Below, in pieces: positions 1-12,861 of a stretch of DNA of 64,000 nt. The notes beneath the pieces were generated by a model. That model did no database searches. It worked only from the letters and a program-made list of their open reading frames with translations, and was not told where the DNA came from. Within the stretch, counting starts at the first letter, position 1. Each line of letters opens with the position of its first letter. This stretch comes from Macrostomum lignano (Eukaryota). The stretch lies in assembly GCA_002269645.1 (NCBI GenBank), contig NIVC01000130.1, forward strand, positions 845,776 to 909,775, written 5' to 3'. A program made the translations under genes and the position numbers.

Positions 1-3000
1 GACCATGGGCCGCTACGCGGAGGCGGCCCCGGACACGCACAAGCTTGAGATCATGAAGTACCTGTTAACTTACCAGCCTTCATCCGAGCTGTCACCGGCA
101 ACTGATCGGTCTAACGAGAAATTAATTGACGAGCTAAGCATGTCGTTGCTAAGCGCCGTTGCTATGGTAGCGGACGCCTATCGATCTCGTTCATTGAATG
201 TCGCTTTGCCATTGGACTTGCTCGGCGCCCTGCTGCTGCCCAAATACCGGCTTCAGTCGCAGCTGCAGCATGGGCGACAGCGAATTGCCGTCCTGGCCGC
301 TCTGCTAGACCGTCGCCAGTGCCGCCAGCGACTTTGTCCCAGTCCGCTGCCTCTGTTCACCGCCTGGCCGACGCCAGAGGATATCGCTGATGATGACGGC
401 GACAAAGGTCGGGGAACTGTTGGAGGATGGGATGCGGTGAGCTGACAACGATATTTTCACTTCGATGGCGTGGTGGATTGCAAATTTTCGATGCGTCACA
501 TGTAGCTTAGATTGCATGGTTGGAATGGGATTTGCCTTGGCTGTTTTTAGTGTAGTATAATTTGCATAGCAACTAGAAAGACATCCCTGGCAACTGAAAG
601 TACTTTAATCACAAAGCAACAATGGGGATTCCTATAGTTACTAAAAGTACTTTAGTTGCATAGCAATAATGAGGATTCCCTATAAGCTACTAAAAGTACT
701 TTAGTCGCATAGCAACGATAGGGATTCCCATAGTTACTAAAAATACTTTAGCACTTGTAGCATAGCAACAGTGCGGATTCTCTTAGCTACTAGAAAAGCA
801 CTCAAATCGTATAGCAACAATGGGAATTCCTATCCTATAGTTACTAAAAGTACATTTGTCGTATAGCAACAATGGGAATTCCTATCCTATAGTTACTATA
901 AGTACTTTTGTCGTATAGCAACAATAGGGATTCCCTTAGGTAGTATAAGTACTTTAGTAACACAGCAACAATAGGGATTCCTATACTAAAGTACTAAAAG
1001 TACTTTAGTCGCATAGCAACAATAGAGATTCTCTAGATCTGCAAGTACTGCCTTTGCATAGCAATGTCTACTTCAAAATAGGATTTAAAACACCAAAATT
1101 CCAGGACCCATCTGCATCAGCGTTTCCTCTGACGCGAACAGGCCGTCAGCTCTTGGGATTTCTAGCTTACGAATTAGCTGCAGTGTCCGACCCGGACAGT
1201 GCTCAACAATTAGGCATCTGCTCGTGCCTGTTGGCTGTACAGTGCGCTTCGGCTAGTCAGGGACTTGTTGAACTGCACCGACTCTGGGTGGCCGCTCAGG
1301 ACAGCCTTGTAGCCAGGCAGACTGAAGACTCAGAGAGAGCTCTGCAGCCGAGCTTTGCCGCCGGACATGCTGCGCTTGCCACCTACGCCAGCCTGCTGTG
1401 CTGGGCCACGCCTGGCAGCGAGTTTCGTCAGCACGTGGAACAGGTCTGTGTCTGGTGTCTCTGGTGCCTCTGGTGTCTGGTGTCTCTGGCGTCTCTGATG
1501 TCTCTGGTGTCTCTGGTGTCTCTGGCGCCTCTGGTGTCTGTGGTGTCTCTGGTGTCTCTGGTGTCTCTGGCGCCTCTGGTGTCTCTGAAATTGACACCCC
1601 ACTCATGAAATTGACACCCCACTCATGAAATGGCGCCCTTTAGATGAAATGGCGCCCTTTAGATGAAATGGCGCCCTTTAGATGAAATGGCGCCCTTCAG
1701 ATAAAATGGCGCCCTTTAGATGAAGTGACGCCACACCAAATAAAATGGAGCCCACCTAAAATGCCTGTCTCGAAGACGCGACTCTGAAGTTACAAAAATC
1801 CTGGCTATGATTGCGTGTTGATGTGCCTATTTATCGACATAACTGATTTCGCCAATTTTTAAATCTTTATCCGAAAGCTTCATTATCCATTTTTCCAGGT
1901 AATTAAACTGCGCGAGAAGTCTGCACCGCATCTGCTACCAAATGTAGCGTTCGGTCAGTCACGGGATAAACTGAGTAACGCTGAGAAAGTGTAAGTTTAA
2001 ACTGTCATCACATGTGTACACTGTGCCGACACCCACCCCAATTTACACTCTGCCGACACACGCCCCAATGTACACTCTGCCGACACCCACCCAATGTACA
2101 CTGTGCCGACACCCACCCCAATGTACACTGTGCCGACACCCACCCCACCCCAATGTACACTCTGCCGACACCCACCCCAATTTACACTCTGCCGACACAC
2201 GCCCCAATGTACACTCTGCCGACACCCACCCAATGTACACTGTGCCGACACCCACCCCAATGTACACTGTGCCGACACCCACCCCACCCCAATGTACACT
2301 CTGCCGACACCCACCCCAATTTACACTCTGCCGACACACACCCCAATGTACACTCTGCCGACACCCACCCAATGTACACTCTGCCGACACCCACCCAATG
2401 TACACTCTGCCGACACCCAATGTGCACTCTGCCGACACCCACCCAATGTACACTCTGCCGACACCCACAACCCCAATGTACACTCTGCTGACACCCACCC
2501 AATGTACACTCTGCCGGCACCCACAACCCCAATGTACACTCTGCCGGCAACCACAAGCCCTATGTACACTCTGCCGACACCCACCCCACCCCAATGTACA
2601 CTCTGCCGACACCCACCCCAATGTACACTCTGCCGACACCCACAACCCCAATGTACACTCTGCCGACACCCACCCAATGTACACTCTGCCGACACCCAAT
2701 GTGCACTCTGCCGACACCCACCCAATGTACACTCTGCCGACAACCACAACCCCAATGTACACTCTGCCGACACCCACCCAATGTACACTCTGCCGGCACC
2801 CACAACCCCAATGTACACTCTGCCGGCAACCACAAGCCCTATGTACACTCTGCCGACACCCACCCCACCCCAATGTACACTCTGCCGACACCCACCCCAA
2901 TGTACACTCTGCCGGCACCCACAACCCCAATGTACACTCTGCCGGCAACCACAAGCCCTATGTACACTCTGCCGACACCCACCCAATGTAAACTCTACCG

Positions 3001-5231
3001 GCACCCACAACCCCAATGTACACTCTGCCGACACCCACCCAATGTACACTCTGCCGACACCCACCCAATGTACACTCTGCCGGCACCCACAACCCCAATG
3101 TACACTCTGCTGACACCCACCTCATGCACACCCACAGTACATCGGCAGTACCCGATGAGCTGCTGTTCTCAGTGGATATCGCCGAATCAGCTCTTCAAAC
3201 CTGCGGACTGGACACGTCGCCATTGCGACGTACTTTCGACTCGTCGCTTGTACAGCCGGAGGAGCAGCGCCAGCGTGTGGCAACCTTTGGCTTGGCGCCT
3301 GCGGATTCGAATGCCTCGGTGCTGTCAAACTCGTCGAATAGTAATTCAAAGTTACACGGTGTGTGCACCGCATCTGCCCGTAGTGTTTGCTTATCGAGAC
3401 CGTCTGTCTTAAACAATATAATTTAAATGTTAATGTGAGAAGACTTTTGAGAAACTGGGAGAGTCTGTGAAGCGGACAGGGCGAAAGAGGGAGAAATGGA
3501 GAGAGAGAGGGAGAGAGACAGGGAGAGAGACAGGGAGAGAGACAGAGAGAGACAGGGAGAGAGACAGGGAGAGAGACAGGGAGAGAGACAGGGAGAGAGA
3601 GACGAGAAGAGAGAAAGGGTGAAACACAGGGAGAGAGACAGGGAGAGAGACAGGGAGAGAGACAGGGAGAGAGACAGGGAGAGAGACAGGGAGAGAGACT
3701 GGGAGAGAGACAGGGAGAGAGACAGGGAGAGAGACAGGGAGAGAGACAGGGAGAGAGACAGGGAGAGAGACAGGGAGAGAGACAGAGAAGAGAGAAAGGT
3801 TGAAACACAGGGAGAGAGACAGGGAGAGAGACAGGGAGAGAGAAAGGGTGAAACACAGGGAGAGAGACAGGGAGAGAGACGAGAAGAGAGAAAGGGTGAA
3901 ACACAGGGAGAGAGACAGAGAGAGAGAGACGAGAAGAGAGAAAGGGTGAAACACAGGGAGAGAGACAGGGAGAGAGACAGAGAAGAGAGAAAGGGTGAAA
4001 CACAGGGAGAGAGACAGAGAGAGACGAGAAGAGAGAAAGGGTGAAACACAGGGAGAGAGACAGGGAGAGAGACGAGAAGAGAGAAAGGGTGAAACACAGG
4101 GAGAGAGACAGGGAGAGAGACGAGAAGAGAGAAAGGGTGAAACACAGGGAGAGAGACAGAGAGAGAGACGAGAAGAGAGAAAGGGTGAAACACAGGGAGA
4201 GAGACAGGGAGAGAGACGAGAAGAGAGAAAGGGTGAAACACAGGGAGAGAGACAGAGAGAGAGACGAGAAGAGAGAAAGGGTGAAACACAGGGAGAGAGA
4301 CAGAGAGAGAGACGAGAAGAGAGAAAGGGTGAAACACAGGGAGAGAGACAGAGAGAGAGACAGAGAAGAGAGAAAGGGTGAAACACAGGGAGAGAGACAG
4401 GGAGAGAGACGAGAAGAGAGAAAGGGTGAAACACAGGGAGAGAGACAGAGAGAGAGACGAGAAGAGAGAAAGGGTGAAACACAGGGAGAGAGACAGAGAG
4501 AGAGACGAGAAGAGAGAAAGGGTGAAACACAGGGAGAGAGACAGAGAGAGAGACGAGAAGAGAGAAAGGGTGAAACACAGGGAGAGAGACAGAGAGAGAG
4601 ACGAGAAGAGAGAAAGGGTGAAACACAGGCAGAGAGACAGAGAGAGAGACGAGAAGAGAGAAAGGGTGAAACACAGGGAGAGAGACAGGGAGAGAGACGA
4701 GAAGAGAGAAAGGGTGAAACACAGGGAGAGAGACAGAGAGAGAGACGAGAAGAGAGAAAGGGTGAAACACAGGGTGAGACGGAGAGGCAGAACAGTGCAA
4801 TTAGTACATTTGGATCATGACGCAGCTCGTAAAACCGGCACCAGAAGAGACGGACAAGCAAGAATTTTATACTTGCCTTTGACTTTCTCTACCGCAGCCC
4901 CAAATTCAGACGCACGCGATTATCTGGCGCCTGCTAGCGCCCGAGAAGACGGTGTGCAGCGCCACGACAGCGTCTGGTCGTTGAGCAATTACGGCGTGCA
5001 GTCGGAGCGTCGACCTAGTCGACAGTTTGTCAGCGGTGGAAGCGGCGGTCAGGCGGCTGCTGCTTTGGATTTGTCGTTTAACGCCTTCCGCGGCATCATG
5101 TGTGAGCGGCTTTATTTGGGTTTTGTTGGCGACAGGAATTTTTTTGAGGCTATTCTCAATAACCCAACCAATTAATCAATCAATCAATCAATCTATCTAT
5201 CTATCAATCAATCAATCAATCAATCAATCAA

Positions 5232-5264
<33 letters not shown>

Positions 5265-5438
5265 TAATCTATCTATCTATCTATCTATCAATCAATCTAT
5301 CAATCTATCAATCAATTAACCAATCAATCTATCAGTCAATCAATCAATCAATCAATCAATCATGAATCAATCAATTAATCTATCTATCTATCTATCAATC
5401 AATCAATCAATCAACAATCAATCAATCTATCAATCAAC

Positions 5439-5482
<44 letters not shown>

Positions 5483-5825
5483 CAATCAATCAATCAACTC
5501 AATCTCCGCAGTCGAATCGCCTCAAGAGCGCAGTCGTCGCCGGGCCCGCGAAGACCAGCAGCTCCAAGAGCTGTACACCAGCGCCACTTTCGACGAATTG
5601 CTAGAGTACAATCGGCGCAATCGCGCGGCAGACATCGCCGACCCCGACGAAGTCTCCCTCGCCGCCGCAGACGAAGAGAGACTCGGCACTGTGGACATAT
5701 CCGATGTTGTTCGGTCGATTCGAGCTTGCGACGCATGTCCAACCGGTGCTCAACAGCAGCAGTTGGAGATGCGGAAAACTGCCACAATCAAGGAGATTGA
5801 ATTCCCCGCTCTGTTTGCCTACTGA
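1..5825 (+). CDS. 3' part of an unidentified multi-exon protein-coding gene (5' end outside window)
   Basis: Phase-consistent GT-AG exons <1-436, 1105-1443, 1899-1990, 3138-3358, ~4805-5101, 5512-5825, ending ...EIEFPALFAY*. Helical, Leu/Ala-rich; no family recognised. The exon 4/5 junction is the least certain. Confidence 0.6.
562..1065. repeat. Degenerate intronic tandem repeat (~45-50 bp)
   Basis: Recurring GCATAGCAACAAT(G/A)GGGATTCCTATAGTTACTAAAAGTACTTT. Confidence 0.75.
1446..1740. repeat. Compound intronic repeats (9-bp TCTGGTGTC; 20-bp x2; 19-bp GAAATGGCGCCCTTTAGAT)
   Basis: Directly visible arrays starting at the exon-2 donor. Confidence 0.85.
2014..3120. repeat. Intronic minisatellite, ~26-33 bp unit AATGTACACTCTGCCGACACCCACCC(C)
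   Basis: Many variant copies; source of the spurious MYTLPTP ORFs. Confidence 0.95.
3495..4775. repeat. GA-rich intronic repeat (12-bp units changing to a 48-bp unit)
   Basis: GAGAGACAGGGA units, then GAAACACAGGGAGAGAGACAG(G/A)GAGAGAGACGAGAAGAGAGAAAGGGT with period 48. Confidence 0.95.
5163..5500. repeat. (AATC)n/(TATC)n microsatellite
   Basis: Directly visible; ends at the acceptor CTCCGCAG (5511). Confidence 0.95.
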
Positions 5826-5845
5826 TGCACTCTCTGTAGCTGCCT

Positions 5846-6110
5846 TTGCCCAAACTTAACTATCCCCAAACTTAATTATCCCCAAACTTAATTATCCCCA
5901 AACTTAACTATCCCCAAACTTAATTATCCCCAAACTTAACTATCCCCAAACTTAACTATCCCCAAACTTAATTATCCCCAAACTTAATTATCCCCAAACT
6001 TAACTATCCCCAAACTTAATTATCCCCAAACTTAACTATCCCCAAACTTAACTATCCCCAAACTTAACTATCCCTAAATGTAATATTTTGCAAACTTAAA
6101 TATCCCCAGA
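5846..6110. repeat. 16-bp tandem repeat TATCCCCAAACTTAA(C/T)
   Basis: Array begins ~20 nt after the stop codon of gene 1. Confidence 0.95.
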
Positions 6111-6649
6111 ATTTGTTATTCCAACTCTTCTAACCTTGAAAATTGCGTCAAGTACATTTTCATAAAAAAATAGATTCATAGATTTTTTATTCTTATTTTA
6201 ATTACTACAACTAAATGTATTACTAACAGTAGTAAGAGAAACAATCGATTTATTTTCTTTCCACAATTTTCCGAATCTTTAATGTATCTATAGCCAATTT
6301 GCAGAATTTTCTGTGTTAGTTTTTATAAATTTGACTTTCATTTAGCATTTCTTCGCACGCGTGACTTAGTGATTTTTTTCTCTTCAAAAAACATTTTACA
6401 TTCCAGTGCCGGGTGTTGTAGTCCGATTGCTTAAAATTCCCAATAATATTATATTTTTCGATTACTTTCTTCCTGCTGGCCCAGTTGTCTTCCTAGTTTA
6501 AGTTTTTCTATTGTACTTTTGGTTCAGGTAACTTCACTTGACCCTAGTTGCTGTGTTTATTTTGACTTTTTTGGCTATTGTGTATTGTGGACTTTTGATT
6601 CGTTATTTTTGACATTTTGCCAGTAGTTTTTTAACCCTGATCATTTCGT

Positions 6650-7295
6650 TGACCCCTGACCCGTTTGGTGCTTGACCCATTTGACTCCTGACCCATATGA
6701 CTCGTGACCTATTTGACTCCATACCTATTTAATCCATGACCCATATGACCCTTTGACCCATTTGACTTCTGACCCATTTGACTCCTGACCCATATGACTC
6801 GTGACCTATTTGACTCCATACCTATTTAATCCATGACCCATATGACCCTCTGACCCATTTGACTTCTGACCCATTTGACTCCTGACCCATATGACTCGTG
6901 ACCTATTTGACTCCATACCTATTTAATCCATGACCCTCTGACCCATTTGACTTCTGACCCATTTGACTCCTGACCCATATGACTCGTGACCTATTTGACT
7001 CCATACCTATTTAATCCATGACCCATATGACCCTCTGACCCATTTGACTTCTGACCCATTTGACTCCTGACCCATTTCACCCCTGACCCATTTGACTCCT
7101 GACCCATTTCACCCCTGACCCATTTGGCTTGTGACCTATTTGACTCCTGACACATTTGACCCCTGACCCATTTTACTCGTGACCCGTTTGAATCCTGACA
7201 CATATGACCCGTGACCCATTTGACTCGTGTCCGATTTGGCTTGTGACCCATTTGGTTCGTGACCCATTTGACTCCTGACCCATTTGACTCGTGAT
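6650..7295. repeat. TGACCCATTTGAC-based tandem repeat with longer repeated blocks
   Basis: Directly visible. Confidence 0.9.
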
Positions 7296-7794
7296 ACATG
7301 AAATTTCTGCCTTTTTAATCCTGTTTAATAAGTTGCGAGTCTTCAACACTTTTGCTATCCTTGAAACATTCTATTGTTCTATTGTTCTAAAGTTCTTAAT
7401 GTCCTAATTATGCACTTATTTTTCCCATTTGCTGTGTTCATAGCGAATCAAATTTATTAATAATGACTGTCACAATATGAATTCCGTCGGTCAAGCTGTT
7501 TTTTTTATTCCCCAGTTCCTTACTTATTGCCTAGATGATCTATTTGCAGTAAATTGAATGGAAATGCACCTTGAAAATATTTTTTACACATGGCTGAAAT
7601 GATTTTTTTAACCACTTGATTTAATTTTGATTTGAATAATTCATACAAAAATATATTTAATTATTGACATTGTGATCTATTTATCAATAAAATATGCGCT
7701 TATATTGCAGAGCGTTGAGTTGAAACTAAATTTACTTAAACTAACTTAAGTGCTCCGAATTTCTCAAAAAATATTTAGCCAAACACTTTCCAGT

Positions 7795-8122
7795 TCCTCA
7801 GTTGCTGGGCCAGCCTCCCAGATCCTCAGTTGCTGGGCCAGCCTCCCAGATCCTCAGTTGCTGGGCCAGCCTCCCAGATCCTCAGTTGCTGGGCCAGCCT
7901 CCCAGATCCTCAGTTGCTGGGCCAGCCTCCCAGAGTGTCAGTTGCTGGGTCAGCCTCCCAAATCCTCAGTTGCTGGGCCAGCCTCCCAGAGTGTCAGTTG
8001 CTGAGTCAGCCTCCCAAATCCTCAGTTGCTGGGCCCGCCTCCCAGAGTGTCAGTTGCTGAGTCAGCCTCCCAAATCCTCAGTTGCTGGGCCAGCCTCCCA
8101 GAGTGTCAGTTACTGGGCCAGC
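7795..8122. repeat. 28-bp tandem repeat upstream of LENG1
   Basis: CCTCAGTTGCTGGGCCAGCCTCCCAGAT and variants. Confidence 0.95.
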
Positions 8123-8236
8123 CTTTCTTCACAATAAAAAAACTTCTGAAAACCTGTATTTTTCCTGCCTCGTTATATAAGTTTCTAAACATATCGGCGT
8201 CAAACCAAACCCGTAGCAGCCGCCGGCCAGTCAGCC

Positions 8237-9025
8237 ATGAACATCCTGCCCAAGAAGCGCTGGCACGTCCGCACCAAGGAGAACATCGCTCGGGTGCGGG
8301 CGGACGAAGCCGCTGCGGCCGATGAGCGGCGTCGTCAGGAGCTGCGGGCGGCCGACGCCGAGTCCGAGCGCCGACTGGCCGAGCTGCGCGCCAGAGCCGG
8401 TGCAACCGTCGCCATCGCTGCTTCAACATCGTCGAACGCCGACGTCACCGACACCGGCAACGCCGACAGAGCGGCGGAGGAGCGGCAGCGCGAGCGTGAC
8501 GCCGAACGAGCCATTGGGCTGCGCAACGTCTTCGCCGAAGGCGCCGACGCTCGCGCCTGGTGGATGGATGCGCCGTCGACGTCATCGACGGATGATTGTC
8601 GCCGACACGCCGAGCTGGAGCTGGTTAAAAAGTCTCGCCTTGATCCCATGGCTGCGTGCCGTCGGTCAGCTGCTTCGGCATCAACATCTTCGGCTTCTGC
8701 CGCCGCGTCTTCGACATTGTCGTCAAAGCCGTCGACATCAGTGAAGTTGCCGACAAACAAACCGGCTGACGATATCCGAGCGCCGGCGCGGAGTTCGGCC
8801 GGTCGCGCCGGCGGCAGTGGCGAATCGACGCTCGAACGACTACGGCGAGAACGACTGGAGCGGGAGAGGGCGGAGCGGCTGCGGGCGAACCGGTTGCTAG
8901 GCCGGCAGAGGTCCAGGTCGAGATCGCCTGTGTCGCCGTCGCCGCCGCCGCCGCTTGACGACCGGCAGCGGCCGTACAATTCTATGTTTAATCCTCAGCT
9001 GGCTAGGCAGAATAGGAAGCGCTGA
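8237..9025 (+). CDS. LENG1: Leukocyte receptor cluster member 1 homolog (CIR N-terminal domain, spliceosome-associated), single exon, 262 aa
   Basis: N-terminus [24 protein letters not shown] and C-terminal [12 protein letters not shown] match the LENG1 family signature (MNILPKKSWHV...YNSQFNPQLAR). Confidence 0.92.
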   Translation: MNILPKKRWHVRTKENIARVRADEAAAADERRRQELRAADAESERRLAELRARAGATVAIAASTSSNADVTDTGNADRAAEERQRERDAERAIGLRNVFAEGADARAWWMDAPSTSSTDDCRRHAELELVKKSRLDPMAACRRSAASASTSSASAAASSTLSSKPSTSVKLPTNKPADDIRAPARSSAGRAGGSGESTLERLRRERLERERAERLRANRLLGRQRSRSRSPVSPSPPPPLDDRQRPYNSMFNPQLARQNRKR

Positions 9026-9071
9026 TTGGGACCGTGTGTGCCCGATATTCCCCATTTATGATCCCCTATAC

Positions 9072-10880
9072 CGGTATCTGATCCCCTTATCTCTGATCCC
9101 CTTATCTCTGATCCCCTTATCTCTGATCCCCTTATCTCTGATCCCCTTATCTCTGATCCCCTTATCTCTGATCCCCTTATCTCTGATCCCCTTATCTCTG
9201 ATCCCCTTATCTCTGATCCCCTTATCTCTGATCCCCTTATCTCTGATCCCCTTATCTCTGATCCCCTTATCTCTGATCCCCTTATCTCTGATCCCCTTAT
9301 CTCTGATCCCCTTATCTCTGATCCCCTTATCTCTGATCCCCTTATCTCTGATCCCCTTATCTCTGATCCCCTTATCTCTGATCCCCTTATCTCTGATCCC
9401 CTTATCTCTGATCCCCTTATCTCTGATCCCCTTATCTCTGATCCCCTTATCTCTGATCCCCTTATCTCTGATCCCCTTATCTCTGATCCCCTTATCTCTG
9501 ATCCCCTTATCTCTGATCCCCTTATCTCTGATCCCCTTATCTCTGATCCCCTTATCTCTGATCCCCTTATCTCTGATCCCCTTATCTCTGATCCCCTTAT
9601 CTCTGATCCCCTTATCTCTGATCCCCTTATCTCTGATCCCCTTATCTCTGATCCCCTTATCTCTGATCCCCTTATCTCTGATCCCCTTATCTCTGATCCC
9701 CTTATCTCTGATCCCCTTATCTCTGATCCCCTTATCTCTGATCCCCTTATCTCTGATCCCCTTATCTCTGATCCCCTTATCTCTGATCCCCTTATCTCTG
9801 ATCCCCTTATCTCTGATCCCCTTATCTCTGATCCCCTTATCTCTGATCCCCTTATCTCTGATCCCCTTATCTCTGATCCCCTTATCTCTGATCCCCTTAT
9901 CTCTGATCCCCTTATATCTGATCCCCTAATCTCTTATCCGCTTATCTCTGATCCCCTTATCTCTGATCCCCTTATCTCTGATCCCCTTATCTCTGATCCC
10001 CTTATCTCTGATCCCCTTATCTCTGATCCCCTTATATCTGATCCCCTTATCTCTCCCTTTATCCCTGATCCCTTTAAATACGACCCCTTTATCTCTGATC
10101 CCCTTATCTCTGATCCCCTTATCTCTTATCCGCTTATCTCTGATCCCCTTATCTCTGATCCCCTTGTCTCTGATCCCCTTATCTCTGATCCCCTTATCTC
10201 TGATCCCCTTATCTCTCCCTTTATCCCTGATCCCCTTATCTCTGATCCCTTTAAATACGACCCCTTTATCTCTGATCCCCTTATCTCTGATCCCCTTATC
10301 TCTTATCCGCTTATCTCTGATCCCCTTATCCCTGATCCCTTTATCACTGATCCCTTTTCCCTGATCCCCTTATCTCTGATCCCCTTATCTCTGATCCCCT
10401 TATCTCTTATCCGCTTATCTCTGATCCCCTTATCCCTGATCCCTTTATCACTGATCCCTTTTCCCTGATCCCCTTATCTCTGATCCCCTTATCTTTGATC
10501 CCTTATCCCGGATCCCCTTATCCTTGATCCCTTTATCCCTGATTCCTTCATCCCTGATCCCCTTACCCTGATCTCTTTATTTCTGATCCGCTTATCACTG
10601 GTCCCCTTATCTCTGATTTCCTTATCTCTGATCCCCTTATCTCTGATTTCCTTATCTCTGATCCCCTTATCTCTGATCCCCTTATCTCTGATTTCCTTAT
10701 CTCTGATCCCCTTATCTCTGATTTCCTTATCTCTGATCCCCTTATCTCTGATCCCCTTATCTCTGAGTTCCTTATCTCTGATCCCCTTATCTCTGATTTC
10801 CTTATCTCTGATCCCCTTCTCTCTGATTTCCTTATCTCGGATCCCCTTATCTCTGATTTCCTTATCTCTTATCCGCTTTT
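9072..10880. repeat. 15-bp tandem repeat CTCTGATCCCCTTAT
   Basis: Essentially perfect to ~9915, progressively degenerate after that. Confidence 0.98.
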
Positions 10881-11304
10881 CCCTGATCTAGTCCTCTCAT
10901 CTTTGATCCCCTCATTGCTGAATCAAAATTACGAACTCCTATTATCATGAGTATGAGCGTACCTTTTTCTAAACAAACGACTGTAGTTAAGCTACCCTCT
11001 TATTAAATAATTTTAGCCATAGCGCGGCATTAATGCGTTCATTTGCGGCTTTACCGGTTCGAAAATTGTAAATAAAATTGTTTCAACACTTCCTGACTTT
11101 GAGAGCAACATAATGTCTATTTATGTTTTTAATAAATTATTTTATTAAAAATCTTGGTACTTGTGCAATGTACTTTGCGGCTTTCTAGTTTGATAAAGTA
11201 TTTTCTGGGGACCTCTGAACACAGTCTCCATCTTGTCTTTGACTGTCACTGGAAGCTTATCCAGACTTTCCATCATACTCCATACGAGTACTCACACAAA
11301 GTGG

Positions 11305-12810
11305 CACCCCTTGACAGTCAAAGTGGTACCCCCCGACACTTACATGACACCCCCTGACAGTCAAAGTGACACCCCGTGACATTCAAAGTGACACCCCGTG
11401 ACAGTCAAATTGACACCCCGTCACAGCTATATTGACACCCCGTGACATTCAAAGTGACACCCCGTGACAGTCAAAGTGACACCCCGTGACAGTCGAAGTG
11501 ACATCCCGTGACAGTCAAAGTGACACCCCGTGACAGTCAAAGTGACATCCCGTGACAGTCAAAGTGACATCCCGTGACAGTCAAAGTGACACCCCGTGAC
11601 AGTCAAAGTGACATCCCGTGACAGTCAAAGTGACATCCCGTGACAGTCAAAGTGACACCCCGTGACAGTCAAAGTGACATCCCGTGACAGTCAAAGTGAC
11701 ACCCCGTGACAGTCAAAGTGACATCCCGTGACAGTCAAAGTGACATCCCGTGACAGTCAAAGTGACACCCCGTGACAGTCAAAGTGACACCCTGTGACAG
11801 TCGAATTGACACCCCGTCACAGCTATATTGACACCCCGTGACATTCAAAGTGACACCCCGTGACAGTCAAAGTGACACCCCGTGACAGTCGAAGTGACAT
11901 CCCGTGACAGTCAAAGTGACACCCCGTGACAGTCAAAGTGACATCCCGTGACAGTCAAAGTGACATCCCGTGACAGTCAAAGTGACATCCCGTGACAGTC
12001 AAAGTGACATCCCGTGACAGTCAAAGTGACACCCCGTGACAGTCAAAGTGACACCCTGTGACAGTCAAATTGACACCCCGTCACAGCTATATTGACACCC
12101 CGTGACATTCAAAGTGACACCCCGTGACAGTCAAAGTGACACCCCGTGACAGTCGAAGTGAAATCCCGTGACAGTCAAAGTGACACCCCGTGACAGTCAA
12201 AGTGACATCCCGTGACAGTCAAAGTGACACCCAATGACAGTCAAAGTGACACCCTGTGACAGTCAAATTGACACCCTTTCACAGCTATATTGACACCCCG
12301 TGACATTCAAAGTGACACCCCGTGACAGTCAAAGTGACACCCCGTGACAGTCAAAGTGACATCCCGTGACAGTCAAAGTGACATCCCGTGACAGTCAAAG
12401 TGACACCCCGTGACAGTCAAAGTGACACCCTGTGACAGTCAAATTGACACCCCGTCACAGCTATATTGACACCCCGTGACATTCAAAGTGACACCCCGTG
12501 ACAGTCAAAGTGACACCCCGTGACAGTCGAAGTGAAATCCCGTGACAGTCAAAGTGACACCCCGTGACAGTCAAAGTGACATCCCGTGACAGTCAAAGTG
12601 ACACCCAATGACAGTCAAAGTGACACCCTGTGACAGTCAAATTGACACCCTTTCACAGCTATATTGACACCCCGTGACATTCAAAGTGACACCCCGTGAC
12701 AGTCAAAGTGACACCCCGTGACAGTCAAAGTGACACCCCGTGACAGTCAAATTGACACCCTGTCACAGCTATATTGACACCCCGTGACATTCAAATTGAC
12801 ACCCCGTATT
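11305..12810. repeat. 22-bp minisatellite TGACACCCCGTGACAGTCAAAG with higher-order structure
   Basis: Directly visible; periodic variant block TTGACACCCCGTCACAGCTATATTGACACCCCGTGACATTC. Confidence 0.97.
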
Positions 12811-12861
12811 TACCTGACTCGGGGGTAAATAACATTGGATAAGCCATTCAACCACTGCAGA

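Noticed and set aside
1997-4861. Many overlapping ORFs (MYTLPTP..., ERERD..., SPCLSPC...)
   Set aside because: Products of intronic tandem repeats lacking stop codons
8955-9929. 324-aa LIPLS-repeat ORF
   Set aside because: Translation of the 15-bp array
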